64,000 bases of DNA from Oikopleura dioica (taxonomy: Eukaryota; Animalia; Chordata), in the NCBI GenBank assembly GCA_907165135.1, contig OU015569.1, positions 11,098,001 to 11,162,000 on the forward strand, read 5' to 3'. Every line of letters begins with the position of its first letter. Position 1 is the stretch's first letter. Below, piece after piece: positions 1 through 11,841 of the stretch. Position numbers and translations under genes: made by a program. A model generated the notes under the pieces. That model worked only from the letters and a program-made list of their open reading frames with translations. It was not told the origin of the DNA and did no database searches.

Positions 1-1645
1 GAGATAGCGGCTAACCCTAACCCTAAATAAAAGCCTCTGATTTTGTAAAAGACCTTTGACTTGTGCATTGCGAAATCGATACAAATCGTCACAACGGATC
101 AGTTCTGTATTTCATGCCATAATTCAAAATCACAGGCACCTCGGCGAATATTTGCCAAAGTTATTCGCACACTTTCTGACAGCCCGAGCAGCTGCGCAAC
201 GGATCAAAATCTCCCTAATCAACTCCAGTCAAGCACGGTATTTCGCCGGTCTAATTGCCGCTAACAATCCTTTTTGGCACAGATCTGAGACCAGCAAATC
301 TGACGCTTTCAATTACACTAATTTCAAGCGATGAGTCCTTCCTCGAAGTTTGAAATTTGTATATTTCGTCTACCGCTCGAAAATCGAAAAAGCACGAAGC
401 ATGTCCAAAATTCTAGGCCTCGGAAAGCAGCTGCCAGTTGGATGCTGGCTCCGATTCGTAGCGCGAGCTTGATAAACGCTGATACAGTGGACGCTTGGCA
501 AACGCACCCGTTTTCCTCATGTTTGAGCTCTTTCCGAGACTCTTTGTCCGTTTTTTCGAGCACACACGGGGCTCTTGTTTAAATTCTCAATTATTACAGC
601 GACGGAACATTCCCACAGCAAAAATACGAAAAGCCAACTAAAATCGAGTCCTTTCAAAGATGAGCAAAATCGGCATTTTGTCTGAAATGACGACTTTCAA
701 GCACTAGAAATACATAATTTAACTTCAATTTAGTTAATATGCTTCTCTGAATCAAGGTAGCCGAAAAAGATATCCAATTCAGGGATGCGTACAAAAACCA
801 TAACTGCGGATTTATTTTGACTTATTTAAATTGAAGTATGATTATCAACAATTTGACTTTAAAATGAAACCATAATCATATGGATCTCATATTGGTGTGC
901 CGCAACGGTACGTCATTCAAACCTACTAAATCCTAACGATAAAAAACTAGAATTTTTCGGTCAATAAAGAACGCGAAATTTTCAAGGAAGGTACTTTCGA
1001 TTTCATCCGCTGGATTAGGAATACGTCAAGACTGAAAGACACTTGTTGGTCAGTTCCTACAGCCATAGCTGTTACCATAACAATTCAGTAAGTTGAGGCG
1101 GGCGTGGCACTTTTTGGCAGGAGCCAGTTTTCGTTGCTTTTCAGAATGGTCGCTGTTTGCGCACGGAAGTCGCCAGGACCGATAACGAAAACCGCTAAAG
1201 GCCCCTTCTTTTAAATTTTGAGAAACCAAAAACCAAATCCTAACAACACGCGCGCTCGAGCTTGTTTGAAACACTAATTCGCTGGTCCAAAGGTCCAAAG
1301 ACTACTGTTACAAAATCGACGCCCTGCTAGGCGCACTCGTCGAAATAAATCGAAAACAATGGAAGTTCGGAAGCGCCCAATCGAGTAATAAACTTAGTGG
1401 GACGTCAATTAGTAGGATACAAACAACTCAACACAGCTACTGTATTAAGGGGGTAGACATCCTAAAGTTGATTTTCTAACAGAGATTTCTCTGAGATATC
1501 ATAACTTTAGTGGGAACTAAAAAAATCCCTCGACTTGGGATTGAACGATGAAGACCATAAATTTATTCAAAATTTTAAAAACAACACGAATCGGAGACGG
1601 GGATCATTGATAAAATGTCGCTTTTCAGCAAAAAAGCATTCCTAC

Positions 1646-2023
1646 CAGAGCTGGAAAAAGTATACTTCCCCCGCACTTCAAAAATCTGCAGGGCGCCCTT
1701 CATTCTTGAAGGGCGGTGAAGTACGAAATGGCTCTGAAGTATACTTCACGCGCTGAGGTATACTTCCGCTATCGGTTCTTATCGAAAACTTTAGCTGCCA
1801 CTTCATCTGTCACAATCAGCGTGATTTAAATTATGGCGCCTGAGAGCCAATAAGCGCAAACTTTGAAAAATTCTGGCGGATGGATTCTGATGGCCGACAG
1901 AACCAAGTTGAAGTAGAGTGAAGGGCGGAAGTACACTTCACGCCCTTCAACGCCCTGAAGTATACTTCACGAAGTATACTTCATTCTGAAGGGCGAGTGA
2001 AGTATACTTTTTTACCAACTCTG
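1646..2023. mobile_element. Non-autonomous DNA transposon (hAT-like MITE) with GAAGTATACTTC palindromes
   Basis: TIRs CAGAG(C/T)TGG-AAAAAGTATACTTC. Perfect 8-bp TSD ATTCCTAC at 1638-1645 and 2024-2031. Confidence 0.85.
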
Positions 2024-2329
2024 ATTCCTACAACGATACTAGTGATTATCCCGGATTATCATGCAAGTCTTGTATCAGAGATTTCGGAAAACAAGCTTTG
2101 TTCGCGACTATTGCATCCCTCATGTTATCTCTGGAAAATCTTCTTTGCTATGAAGACACTGAAACTCGATTTTAATTAATTAAGCATACATGTATTTAAA
2201 TTCGACTGAAATTCAAGAAAGATGAAAGTGTTTTTGGACAGGTCAATGTTTTTTTGTTGTTGTCAGGGGAGAAACACGATGCTTGGGCTGAATAAAGGTT
2301 CTGAAAACCCAGACAGCTTGAACTTGGAG

Positions 2330-2567
2330 TTAGGTCGATTTTCGCGCGTTTTCGCCGGCGACGATCGCGGAAACGGCTTTCTTCGAAGGGTCAGCGTTGG
2401 CAGCTTGCTTTTGCCCTTGCTCGGCCTTTGTTCGGTGCTTGCCTGAATTATTTTATTAATCGCTAGAATTATACAAAGCAGCAGTTACCTCCGCAGCCTC
2501 CCATGAGTTTTTGATCGTCGGCAGTGCCGGCATCGTAGGCCTCGGCCATTTCTTCAGCAGAAGGCAT
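2330..2567 (-). CDS. NUPR1: NUPR1/p8-like small protein, two exons (GT-AG intron 2443-2488)
   Basis: Spliced product MPSAEEMAEAYDAGTADDQKLMGGCGGKHRTKAEQGQKQAANADPSKKAVSAIVAGENARKST. The GxxGKxRTKxE...DPS pattern matches the p8 family. Confidence 0.6.
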
Positions 2568-3179
2568 TTTTTCAGTTGTTTGTTTGTTTTTCCTTGTTTA
2601 CGACTGTCTAAATGAATAAAGAACATTACCTACTGTTATGCGAATAATGCTAAAGTACAGATAATGACTTCTTTTTGCTCTAAAGAAAAATTCTCTTTCA
2701 AAATTTCTGAAAAAAAGCGTAATTTTGAAGCTGAATTGGGCATTTTTTTTCAACAAAACAGATTTTTTCGCACACAGCTGCGCGAAAATCGAAAACCGTT
2801 GGAAAATGAAAACAAAAAAGCAGAAGGAAAATTCCCACACTGAGCATTCCTTTCGTAAATTACGGAAAATAGAATAAAATTCGTAAAATCCTTTTTTTTC
2901 TCTTTAGTTTTGACTCGGCCAATCGGAGCGTTGTTGACTAAAAGTCCTCCAGCAAAGAAACCTCTTTCTTCCAGAAGATAACCTCGGATTCTTCAACCAT
3001 TTTGTAAAATTCAGAAAGAAATTGGGAAAATAACCTTTGAACCGAAAGGAAGGAAACTCTCCTCTATGATTTCAGTTTTCATTTTTTCGGCGAAATTTCG
3101 TTCTCAAATGAGTTTTATTGAGTTTGTTTTCTCTACAGAGGCAGTTTGGTATTTGCAATGCAGGGAGAAAGTGATTTAA

Positions 3180-5512
3180 TTAAGGACCGGGGACCTGTCC
3201 AGGAGCGCAAGTGACAGAGTTTCGGAATCGCTTGGCCATGATGCTCATGTCATCCTTCCACTGGTTGTTGCACTTGTTTCCGACTACTTTGACGAGTTTC
3301 TCGATCCAGCCAGCCAAGTCCTGCTCGTTCTCGACTTCAGCCAAACCGTCCAAAACGGAGCAATTGATCACACCTGAAAACGTAAACAAAACTCCTTTCT
3401 CTCGATTTCTTACCAGCATGGACTTTGCAAGAGGCGACTTCTCGGGCAGTGGATCGTCGTCGTCGATCCTCTTCTTCTGGGATGTAGTCGAGAGCTGAAA
3501 ATTTATGTTAATCGAGAAACAAGAGACTTTCTCTTACCGTCCATGAGATCAGCAAATTCGATGTAGTCTTCAAACTCGCCGGTAATGAATCGAGAAGATT
3601 GAGAACCAAGGCATTGGGTGCCAGTGGCCTGTTCCCAGGTTCGTCCAAGAATCATCAAAGGAGAAATGATCATTGGGAGGAGTTGGACAGACTCGTTCCA
3701 TCGGCAGATATTGGCGTAGACCTTAATTAATCAGTAAATGAATATATTTTTCGCATGAATATTCTACCTTGTTGAAAGTGTTCTTCAAGCATCGACCAAC
3801 GTATTTCAAGTTGCATTTTGGTGGGTTGGTGCCGGGGCAATCTGGGTGGCTCAAGTAGTCATCCTGGGCCCATGGGCACTTGTTGTTAACTGGAGCTGGT
3901 CCAGGGTAGACACCGTTTCCGTCGGGTTTTCCAGTGTAACCGCCTGCTGGTGGAGTGTATGGTGGCCAGTAGGTTGAGGTTGGTGGCTTGTAGGTTGTTT
4001 TCTTAGGAGTGGTGTATGGTTTTTGGTGGTGTATGGCTTTGGTGGCTTGGTGTAGGGATCCTTGGTTGGCTTGTATGGGTCGTTGTTGGGATCGTATGGT
4101 GGTGGAGCCTCGGAAACGGTGTAGCCAGCGTGATCAGGCTGGGAACCATCGTCGCAGAAGAGCGAGTGCTGCATTCGGATCAAGAGGGCCTTGAAGTGGA
4201 CCTGGAATTCGTTGTTGCAGTGTTTCTTGAGCCAGTTTTCGAAGAGAGCAACCATCTTGTAGTGGAACTTTCGAGCAGTATCAACGTCGCTGAAGTCGAG
4301 GAGTTCGCATGGTGGGGCACCAGCTTCGGCGTCGCATCGGGCAACGTCTCGTTCGTTCTCGTTGAGAGCATCGAGGGAGTCTTCGCCGATGAGGTCGAGG
4401 ATGGATCGAGAACCGTAACCAGTGCAGGTCTTGCCGAACTTCTTTTCGAACTGGTTACCGAGTGGGACGAGTTTTTTGGTGAACATAGGAATGAGCTGCT
4501 TGGCGTCTTGCCACTTGCAGACGTCGTTGTAGACTCGGTTGAAGAAGTCCTCGCCACAGACGCGGAAGTACTTGAGGTTGCATTTGCCCTCGTTGCCAGC
4601 GCAATCACCGGTTGGGGAGTTGGTCCATGGGCAGTCGCCGCTTGGCTTGTAAGTGATGTAGTTGCTGCCACCGCCGCCGTATGGGGTGGTGTAGCTTGGC
4701 TTCTTGGTAGTGTAAGGCTTCTTGGTAGTGTAAGCAGTGGTCTTGTATGGCTTCTTGGTGGTGTAGCTTGGCTTCTTTGTTGTGTAGGCGGGCTCTTCAG
4801 GTTCGTACTTAGTAGTGGTGGTCTTGTAGGTAGTTGTTGGCTTGTACTTCTTGGTAGTAGTGGTGGTTTTGTAAGTTGTTTTCTTTGGAGGCTTGTACTT
4901 TTTGGTCGTAGTTTCACTGTAAGGAGCAGCAGTAGTCTTGTATGGCTTCTTGGTTGGGGCGGTGTATCCTGGATCAGGCTTTTCGTCTTCGCCGTAGGAT
5001 GGCTTGTCGTCGTTGCCGTAGCTTGGTTTGTAGTAGCTGCCGACGTTTTCTTTGTAACCGTCTTGTGGAGCGGCTCCAGGAAGGCCTGGGAGGAGCTCGA
5101 AATCGAACCAGAAGTTAAAGTTGAACTTCATGCCACCGTTGTTGGTGTAGACAAGGTCGACCTCGTGGTTGTCGTTGCCAGAGTAGCCGGAGCTGTAGTC
5201 GTAGGCGCCACGTCTGTGCCGACCCTCGTTACAGAATGGACCCTGGACGGAGTCCTCAGTGACCATGTAGAGGGACATCTCGCTGCAGTCGAATTCGGCG
5301 GCCTCGGCGAGGTTGATTTGGATGATTCCAGCGTCCTGCGCTTGAACTCGGTAGATGCAGGCTTCATCTACGTCCAAAGTAACGTCCTCGCTGAGTGATC
5401 CGCTGGATCCATTGAGCATGCCGCAGACCCGGCTGTTCGGGAAGTTCTCTTGGGCGATGTCGAGGGCATTCTGCGCCGAAGCGAAAATGGGAAGAGTGAC
5501 TGACAGCTTCAT
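3180..5512 (-). CDS. Secreted Tyr/Lys/Pro/Thr-rich protein with two homologous Cys-containing domains (oikosin-like); apparent 1-nt frameshift near 4020
   Basis: Signal peptide MKLSVTLPIFASA and a long ORF. A second domain copy (CPW...C...CNLKY..C...FN.VY..IC.W) is rebuilt across GT-AG introns down to the stop at 3180. Confidence 0.8.
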
Positions 5513-6001
5513 CCTACCCAACCTGAAAATATGTTTTAAAGATAGGCCTTTTCTTAAATTAATTCTCTAATGGCTTAAAAAACGCAATGTTTATTCTCTT
5601 ACGTATTGTCGAATGCGGTGGAGCTTCTAGTTTTTCTCCGCCGCGGCGCGTTAAATATCGCGGTCGGGTACCTTTTGCGCCACCAACGGGCTCCTCTTTG
5701 CCCTGACGTGGTGCAGTTACTCCACCGGACGCTGTTTCTCACCGTCAGCACTAACGCCACATCGACACAGTACGTACTTCCGCGGATCAACATCAACATT
5801 GCAAAGTGTTCAAAACAGCAAATTTTAGGGCACGAGGCTACAGCGTGCAGCATAATCGCTTTTTCTACAGAAAGTTTATTAAGAGTTAAACCAGCGAAGA
5901 AGGCATCTCATCGTTAAGGGGGTGCATATCATTAACACCAACTCTTTAAGAGCAGACTTAAATAAAGCGACCTTCTTACTTTGAAAAAAATGATCTTTTT
6001 T

Positions 6002-8273
6002 TTAAGCAAATTTATCTTTTGAAAAAATAACGCTTCTGAAAACACTTATCGTCAGCACAATTTGTACAGTAATGTAACCCAGTAAAAACACCCTGTCAAG
6101 GGCTCGGGCAATTTCGCGCCAATCTTCTACTCTTGCCGAGTACTTATCCATCGATTCGATTTTCGCAGCGATTTCGTTTATCTGCAATTCAGTCTTACTC
6201 CAACAAAGTAAAAAGATACTTTACCTTTTCATTCATTTCTTCGACTTTTTCGTGATTGATTCCTTCTTTGGCTGTCGAATCCGCCGTCGTTTGAGCTTCC
6301 TGGTCGATGAGAGTGCTTCTTTTTCGAATAGTTTCTCTCTGAATACGCGGATTTCTAAACTCCCACTGCTTCTGTCAAATGTCTAAGTATCGCGCCACGT
6401 TTTCCTGAAATGTCCTCCACTTAGCAGCAGCAAAGGCCGACTTCTGAAAAGCGTTCGTCAAGCAAGTGCTGTTGTCACAACCTTTCAAACCTGGCAAGTG
6501 CGCTGCGAGCCACTTCTAATCGTGTGAATCTTCTGTACCACGCTGTAATAACATTGAAATAAAACATGGAAATAAAATTGCACTGCACCTGCGGAAACCA
6601 TCATCACGTTTTGAGCGGCGTTTTTGAGAAATTGCTTTTACAAATGTGATCTTCGTCAGCGTCGCCAGCCAGTTTGGAACTTTGATCATTTCATTCAAGC
6701 AAATAACAAGGTTCTTTTACTAGAAATAAGATAGTGACTCCCTTATTTTGTGGTTGAATGAAATTTCCTGGTGGAGGATCAGAAGGGCCGTGGTGGAGGC
6801 TGAGGACGCAGATGGTGATTAGAATAGAAGTGGAAACAAGCGCCATTGTATACAAATAAAACTCGCCAATGATCGGAATGTCTTCGCTCGGCGGCATTTG
6901 CTCCGCCACCAACAGCTGGAAAACGGTGAGGGAAAGGAGAATCGTTACTCCGAGTGATACCTTCTCCCCAGAATCCGCTAGAAATAGAAATTACAATCAT
7001 ACAGTGCCTCATCAGTATAACGAATCTTTTCATCAAGGCGATCATCGGCCTGCTGATTGGCCAACTGAGGTAGCCTTCTTTTTGCTTACCCGGCAATAGA
7101 AAGACAAAAGGCGAAAGCATGGAAATCAAGATACAAGGCACTAGCAGGTTGTGGAAGTAAAATCGGCTTTTTCGTCGAATATTCAAGGAGTAGTCCAGTG
7201 TCGGATACACATCGTCTAATCAGTGGTTCTTTCCTGGCGCGTTATCTAAGCTTCTTATGCAAGTAAGGCAAATAGCAATTTCCGCGTGTAGATTAACCAT
7301 TATCTGGGCAACAAGAGTACGTAGCATTAAACTGCTCCAGCGGCATGCTTTCCACTTCCCATTCGATGTTGCTGTTCAAATCGTCCAAAATGCCCTTTCC
7401 ATTTTTGTCCACTAAAAGCATATCTCCGCTCGGGTAGCTCCACGAGGCAAAGGTGTACTTTTAGCCGAGGTGCTTATTTTCAAAATAACGACGGCGAAAA
7501 TGAATGAACGTTAAAAACGCGTTAGAATTTAGAAATTGCCATTTTCACGCCTCAAATTCTTGCAAGTTTGCGAGTCGAAAGGAAAGTAACGCACGTTCAT
7601 CGGGCAGCTGGACTTTGTGATCAAGCTCTGGTCCCAGACGATTGTTCCGTCAGAGTAGACGACTATGTTTGCGTCGGTCTTTTCGTCGTGCTTGTCTGGG
7701 CTCGGCAACCTGAGTAGAAAACCTGAGTCAGGGTCTGGAAGAGCAAAGATGAAAAGCCGCGTAACGGCTTTTTTAGAAACGAAGCCGCAAAGCGGCTTCG
7801 CCAGAATTTAGATACAAGATGGAATAATAATCTTGCGAAGCCGCTCCGCGGCTTCTTTTCTAAAAAAGCCGCTACGCGGCTTTTCAACTTTGCTCTTTCA
7901 GACACTGACTCAGGTTTTCTACTCAGGTTGCCGAGCCCAGGTGCTTGTAGTAGTCCACATTGTTCATCAAAACAGTATCAGGAGTCCAGACAAGATCAAG
8001 CGGCAGTCGAATCACCTTGAATCTTTGTCAAACTAGCGACTGAATTTTAAGGCGGTAGACCTTGATTCCAGCGTAGATTTCTTCGTCCCAGCTGAGTCGA
8101 AGATCCTGCCAGCGCTGGCGCATCCAAAGGTAGGAATTCAGAATCTGGTTTCTTTCATCTTTTCTTAGAAATAAAAACGCAAATGCCAAGTTTAAAATTT
8201 ACCTAGGTCGAGAATTTTGTAGAGGTAAATTTCAATAGACACATTCACGGGGCCACTATCTTCAGCAACGGGC
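6002..8273 (-). CDS. CHRNA9/10-like: Nicotinic acetylcholine receptor alpha subunit, alpha9/alpha10-like; 5' exon(s) not resolved; one exon interrupted by a MITE
   Basis: [19 protein letters not shown], Cys-loop [17 protein letters not shown], vicinal YSCCPD, M2 [27 protein letters not shown], and M4 [11 protein letters not shown]. Confidence 0.92.
7696..7940. mobile_element. MITE family A (TIR CTGGGCTCGGCAACCTGAGTAGAAAACCTGAGTCAG) inside the nAChR exon
   Basis: Long TIRs. Perfect 8-bp TSD GTGCTTGT at 7688-7695 and 7941-7948. Confidence 0.95.
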
Positions 8274-8740
8274 CTAAAATAAGAGGTTTTCAACGGACAA
8301 AAAACAGTAGAAAGAGAATTTTTATTCGAATAATCAACTCAAATTTTGTTCGAAAATGAACGAAAATAACATTTTTGCTTTGAATTTTAACCTAATATGA
8401 GCATTGTAGTCCAAAAAGAGATCAGAGTAAAGTTTCTCTTGAAACTTCTGAGTTGTGGCAAAACAAAATTTCAGAGGAAAAAAGAAGGCGACAGGAATTC
8501 TCATTTTTGAGCGTCAATTTCTGTCGAGATTAATCCTCAAAATTGAAATTAAAATGAGCCAGTAAATTACCCATGCCGAGGGATTTGCGCTGACAGGTTA
8601 ACCTGTCGTTGCTAATCCCAAATGCCTTTTCGTTTATTGTGCCCATAAATTGCAGCAAAAACACTGTAAAGCCGCTCTGTAGCCAAAGTCACAACTTCAT
8701 TACGTAATCACTGTTATATGCTTTAGAAATTCAATCGACC

Positions 8741-11240
8741 CCACTGTACTCCTTCTTTGCTTTTTTGCAGCTAAACCTAAGAGTCTCCAACAATAATGCA
8801 GCAATTATGCAGCAAACCTTCAAATAAAATTTATGGTCCGTAGCAGCGACAACTTTCCTGTTACGAGCCAATTTATTCGTAGAAGCAAACTAACTGAAAA
8901 ATACAAAATGAATTCGTGATTCTTGTCAAAATAGCCAATCATAGGGAGCTGTTAGAGCATTTGAAAAAAAGAGAAAAAATGATTATTATGGATGTCTTCA
9001 AATGAAAGCCAATTCATATCCCGTTGGCATTGGTGTGTCATTATGATCATTATTTATACTGTGTCTAAATTATCAATATATTTTACTGAACAATTAATGA
9101 TTTTTAATTCCTGTCTTATGAAAATACGAATAAAATAATTTTATTTTTTAATTTTTTATTTTTTAATTAATTTAATTTTAATTTTATTGTTGATCTTTCG
9201 ACTAAGCGGTCATCATCAGAACTTGAAAAAAGAGGTGTCAAGACCGAACCTTATTTTTACTATCGCAACTAGCAATAATCCTTCAAATAAAATTGATGGC
9301 CCGTGGTAGCGATACATTTCCATTTACGATCGTTACCACTTAAAACTCGTTACAAACTAGTCCCAGTCAATTGAGAAAAAAAAATGATGAGAGAGAAAAG
9401 ATAATTGCAAATATTCCTTCGGAAGATTCCATTATTTTAACCATCACTTTGAAAAAAATAAAATGAATTCTGTATGGCCGTATGGTCTTGTCGAATCGAC
9501 GAAATGTGTTAAACTATTTTAGTTTTCAAAATTTAAAAGAAAATGAAGACATTAAAAACTAACTGTGAAACTTTAAAATGAATTCTGTACTTAATTCTGA
9601 TATTCTTACGTGGTTGATAGTTGTTAAAAAATTATAAAATGAATTCTTTTGATAGTACCCGGTCTACAAGTCTGGTGGTTTCACACTGCAATAAATATTT
9701 TCAAATCTTTAAAATATAAAGAAGCTTTTAAAAAAATTATCGTCGCTTGCTAGCTCGAAACTAAAAACTGAATAATTTAATAAAAAAAAACTATAAAATA
9801 AGAAAAAAAACAATATGAATCACAATTTTTTTATATGAAAGCAAATTGCCGAACTACTGTGTAACAGATCATCATGCAGTGTTTGAACGATGCAATCTCC
9901 AACTTATGTTAAAAACTACCTAAAAAATCAATGTCGATTGAAAAATCTGAAAACTACTCATTCCATTTTGAGATGTGTATCCTTTCAAGGAAGTTACAAT
10001 TGCTCACAGAGAATAAATGAACTTTTTTGAAAAGCGATAAAATGAAAGCCATTATTCTACAAATACCATGTATGTAATCGTTTTGATTTTCTTAAGAATA
10101 ATCAGTAAAAATTTATTCATTAAATGAAAACCGATCCATGACCAAGTGTTTTGTTATTAACTACTGTCTTCGAAAATATGTGAAATAAATAACAAGAAAA
10201 ATTCTTTGATGATATTGTTCTGTAAAAGTCCATCTTGACTGAGACCTCACTGTACTCCTTCTAAATCTTTAAGAGTCTCCAACAATGTAACATTATTAAT
10301 GTTTTTTTTGCCATTTCAAGTGGCAGTAAAACTTCAAGTAAAATTGATGGTCCGTAGCAGCAATAACTTTCCATTCGCGAGCCAGTTTGTTTGTAAAAAT
10401 TCAAAATGAATTCGTGATTTTGGTTAGCAAAGCAAAAAGAATCCTTCAGAGAAAATGAACAAGGAGAAAAAATGACTATTACTGATTCACTAATACTGAA
10501 GTCTTCAAATGAAAGCGAATCCTTGAGTAATTTTATACTTGGCATCCATAACTTCTAAGTCCTGTCTTATGAAATAAAATGAATAAAATATACTGTGTAA
10601 ACTTCAGTTCAGCCAGTCTGCCATAGTTTTTTGAGCGTGAAAGAAATAACATTTTTTAACACTTTTAATGAAAAACTCAGAAGATAAACGTTGATTTGAT
10701 TTGATTGACCTTTCTTAAATGAAAATAAGTGATACTTGTTTGAACTTTATCAATTATTTTTAATAAGCGAAGACCGAGCCGTTTTTTACTATCGCAACTC
10801 GCAATAATTCTTCAAATAAAATTGATAGCCCGTGGTAGCGACAATTTTCCATTTACGATCTTCAGCGGTTGCCACTCGGATATTCTTCAGTCCATTGAGA
10901 AAAATAAAGAATAAGTACTCAAAATGATGCAGTTGGCCAGAACTGTTCTAGGTTCAAAGAGAATCCTGAGATATAAATTATGAAAATTTGAATGCATTAA
11001 AACATACGACTCGCGATTGACAATCGCCGATTGTGGGTTTACTTCCAACTACAATTCATCCGATGAAAGAGAGATTCTTAAAATGAAAACAACAACCCGC
11101 AACTCAGATTCCCGAATAGACGTTCTGCGCTGTTCAAAATTACTACAAACAAGAGTAAAATAAAGTCCCAATAAAAAATAAAATCTGAAAACTACTCGTT
11201 GTTGATATTGTTATATAAAACTCCAACTCAACGTAGCCGC
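8741..11240. repeat. Diverged AT-rich tandem duplication (~1.5 kb unit) containing four copies of a ~100-bp exon-like block
   Basis: CACTGTACTCCTTCT at 8742 and 10248. CCTGTCTTATGAAA at ~9110 and ~10561. TTCAARTAAAATTKATRG(T/C)CCGT blocks near 8820, 9283, 10333 and 10810. Confidence 0.75.
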
Positions 11241-11652
11241 ATTTGTTTTGCTGGAACTCCAAACAAGCATCTCATTTCTGCCGCTTTCCAATTTTCATAA
11301 ACACGTTTGATTTTCATTCAAATATTTTTTATTCAACAGTTTTAGTTAGTGTTTTTCAGTCAACAAAGAAAAATAAAAAAAAAGAGAAAGAAGATGGCGA
11401 GGTTTGGGACTTGAGAGTCTCTCAAGTTAAGCCGCCAAGCTTATCTTCAATCAGGGCTAGAAGAAAAAGGGTTACAGTAAGTTACAGTTACAGGGGTTTT
11501 AAATAAGGGGAATTACAGTAGCCTCTCAGTCGCTAAATCTTAGCAATAGTGGTCGAACTACTCGTTCAGGGCATAAATTAGAAAAGGGTTTGTAGCAGCA
11601 TCACATGTCATGTGACGGAATCTACTGATGCAAGTGGCGGTCAGTTACAGTC

Positions 11653-11841
11653 TCAGCCGAAGAACTTCTTGATGCACTTGACGTTTGATCCGCAACCGCT
11701 GAGAAACGAGGTGAATTCTGAGCTGAAGCCGCCGAAGTTGAAGCCGCCAGCCGATTTGACGGTGGCTGGGGGGATGAAAGCTCCTCTGGGAAAGGCCTCG
11801 CTGCCGGAAACGATGAAAAAAAGAATCTTTGAAAATTGCAT
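11653..11841 (-). CDS. Small secreted Gly/Phe-rich peptide with C-terminal Cx5C
   Basis: A-rich context before the ATG, signal peptide MQFSKILFFIVSGSEA, C-ending codon bias, and ending SGCGSNVKCIKKFFG. Confidence 0.55.
   Translation of the reverse strand: MQFSKILFFIVSGSEAFPRGAFIPPATVKSAGGFNFGGFSSEFTSFLSGCGSNVKCIKKFFG

Noticed and set aside
11-26. True chromosome end
   Set aside because: Only ~2.5 repeat units, with unique sequence on both sides.
56-582. Overlapping ORFs at the window start
   Set aside because: No recognisable motif or convincing splice structure; the strand cannot be decided.
4016-5398. 460-aa Val/Leu-rich plus-strand ORF
   Set aside because: Antisense shadow of the codon-biased minus-strand gene; its hydrophobicity mirrors ACC/AAG/TAC codons.
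7663-8036. ORFs overlapping MITE A (also 16836-17234 and 42108-42459 over MITE B)
   Set aside because: Read-through of palindromic non-coding elements; no transposase motifs.
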